Origin: a virus
Lineage: Duplodnaviria; Heunggongvirae; Uroviricota; Caudoviricetes
DNA length: 36,592 nucleotides
Reading direction: 5' to 3' (one strand)
Virus record (IMG/VR): IMGVR_UViG_2703718832_000006
Shown here: positions 35,540 through 36,592 of the stretch, piece after piece
Numbering within the stretch: position 1 is the first letter of the stretch
Layout of the letters: every line of letters begins with the position of its first letter
Position numbers and translations under genes: made by a program
Notes under the pieces: model-generated
What the model saw: the letters and a program-made list of their open reading frames with translations, nothing else
Told to the model about the DNA's origin: nothing
The model's database searches: none

Positions 35540-36592
35540 ATGGCAGTACGAAAACTCACCACAGGGAAATGGCTTTGCGAATGTTACCCCGCCGGACGAA
35601 GTGGGCGTCGTGTGCGTAAACAATTCGCCACCAAAGGCGAAGCTCTGGCTTTTGAGCGTCACACTATGGAAGAAACCGAATCAAAGCCATGGCTGGGCGA
35701 ATCAGTGGATCGTCGAACCCTGAAAGACGTGGTTGAGCTATGGTTCAAACTACATGGTAAATCTCTGACTGCTGGGCAGCATGTCTATGACAAATTGCTG
35801 CTGATGGTTGACGCTCTGGGCAATCCTCTTGCAACCGATCTCACCTCTAAAATGTTTGCCCACTATCGAGATAAACGCCTGACAGGCGAGATCTACTTCA
35901 GCGAGAAATGGAAGAAAGGAGCAAGCCCGGTCACCATTAACCTGGAGCAAAGCTATCTAAGTAGTGTTTTTAGCGAACTATCCCGTCTGGGCGAATGGTC
36001 GTATCCGAACCCACTGGAGAACATGCGAAAATTCACCATCGCAGAAAAAGAGATGGCATGGCTTACCCATGAGCAGATTGTTGAATTACTGGCTGATTGC
36101 AAACGTCAGGACCCAATTCTAGCACTGGTAGTTAAGATATGCTTAAGCACAGGCGCACGCTGGCGAGAAGCCGTAAATCTTACTCGTTCACAGGTGACCA
36201 AATACCGAATTACCTTTGTAAGAACGAAGGGGAAGAAAAACAGAAGTATCCCTATCAGTAAAGAGCTTTACGAAGAGATCATGGCGCTTGATGGGTTCAA
36301 TTTCTTCACAGACTGCTATTTTCAATTTTTATCCGTGATGGAAAAAACGTCTATCGTGCTCCCTCGCGGTCAACTCACACACGTTCTGCGCCATACGTTT
36401 GCGGCGCACTTCATGATGTCGGGTGGAAACATTCTGGCCTTACAAAAAATTCTCGGACACCACGATATAAAAATGACTATGCGTTACGCACATCTGGCAC
36501 CGGATCATCTGGAAACGGCGCTCCGTTTCAATCCTCTGGCAACGCTGCCAAGTGGCGACAAAGTGGCGGCAGCGGTTGGCATTACCCCGTAA
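35540..36592 (+). CDS. int: tyrosine integrase
   Basis: Start placed at Met 53 of the track ORF (GGAGGG about 10 nt upstream), about 350 aa; C-terminal catalytic signature R...HxxR...Y (LRHTFAAHF ... MRYAHL). Confidence 0.9.
   Translation: MAVRKLTTGKWLCECYPAGRSGRRVRKQFATKGEALAFERHTMEETESKPWLGESVDRRTLKDVVELWFKLHGKSLTAGQHVYDKLLLMVDALGNPLATDLTSKMFAHYRDKRLTGEIYFSEKWKKGASPVTINLEQSYLSSVFSELSRLGEWSYPNPLENMRKFTIAEKEMAWLTHEQIVELLADCKRQDPILALVVKICLSTGARWREAVNLTRSQVTKYRITFVRTKGKKNRSIPISKELYEEIMALDGFNFFTDCYFQFLSVMEKTSIVLPRGQLTHVLRHTFAAHFMMSGGNILALQKILGHHDIKMTMRYAHLAPDHLETALRFNPLATLPSGDKVAAAVGITP

Larger units (their letters stand above)
2777..36592. mobile_element. P2/186-family prophage (left end only approximate; runs past the window end)
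   Basis: Contiguous, syntenic set of P2-like genes ogr-D-U-T-E-FII-FI-(invertase)-G-H-I-J-W-V-S-R-lysis-X-L-M-N-O / P-Q, then cargo, cos-like site, A, regulatory genes, cI and int; integrase CDS ends at the last base of the window. Confidence 0.92.

Noticed and set aside
1-36592. CRISPR arrays, tRNA or rRNA genes
   Set aside because: I saw no regularly spaced direct repeats and no tRNA-like or rRNA-like sequence anywhere in the window; the visible prophage junction abuts the ybjL terminator rather than a tRNA.

Overview
The window opens with a short stretch of enterobacterial chromosome (grxA, ybjM, ybjL) and from about 2.8 kb to the window end is a near-complete P2/186-family prophage, read here from ogr through the tail, lysis and head genes to the lysogeny module and integrase (the right attachment site lies beyond the window). 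The virion module is P2-like (D, U, T, E/E', FII, FI, H, G, I, J, W, V, S, R, lysis cassette, X, L, M, N, O, P, Q). The lysogeny and replication module looks 186-like (int, 191-aa CI, Apl/Cox, CII-like, TraR-like zinc finger, Dam methyltransferase, replication protein A, SOS-box operon with a DinI-like gene). A Hin/Gin-family invertase with an invertible tail-fibre segment sits where P2 carries Z/fun. The most interesting region is a visibly AT-rich cargo island of about 3.2 kb (24956-28146) between the portal gene Q and a cos-like site. It carries six genes with no virion or replication role: a GNAT-like acetyltransferase, a 193-aa unknown protein, two ASCH-domain proteins, a small P-loop kinase-like protein and a two-helix membrane protein. 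I propose it as a candidate, apparently undescribed anti-phage or nucleoside-modification cargo system. All assignments come from reading the translated ORFs and motifs by eye; no database search was run. Motif coordinates derived by hand are approximate (about +/-2 nt); CDS coordinates follow the supplied ORF track, with starts adjusted where stated.
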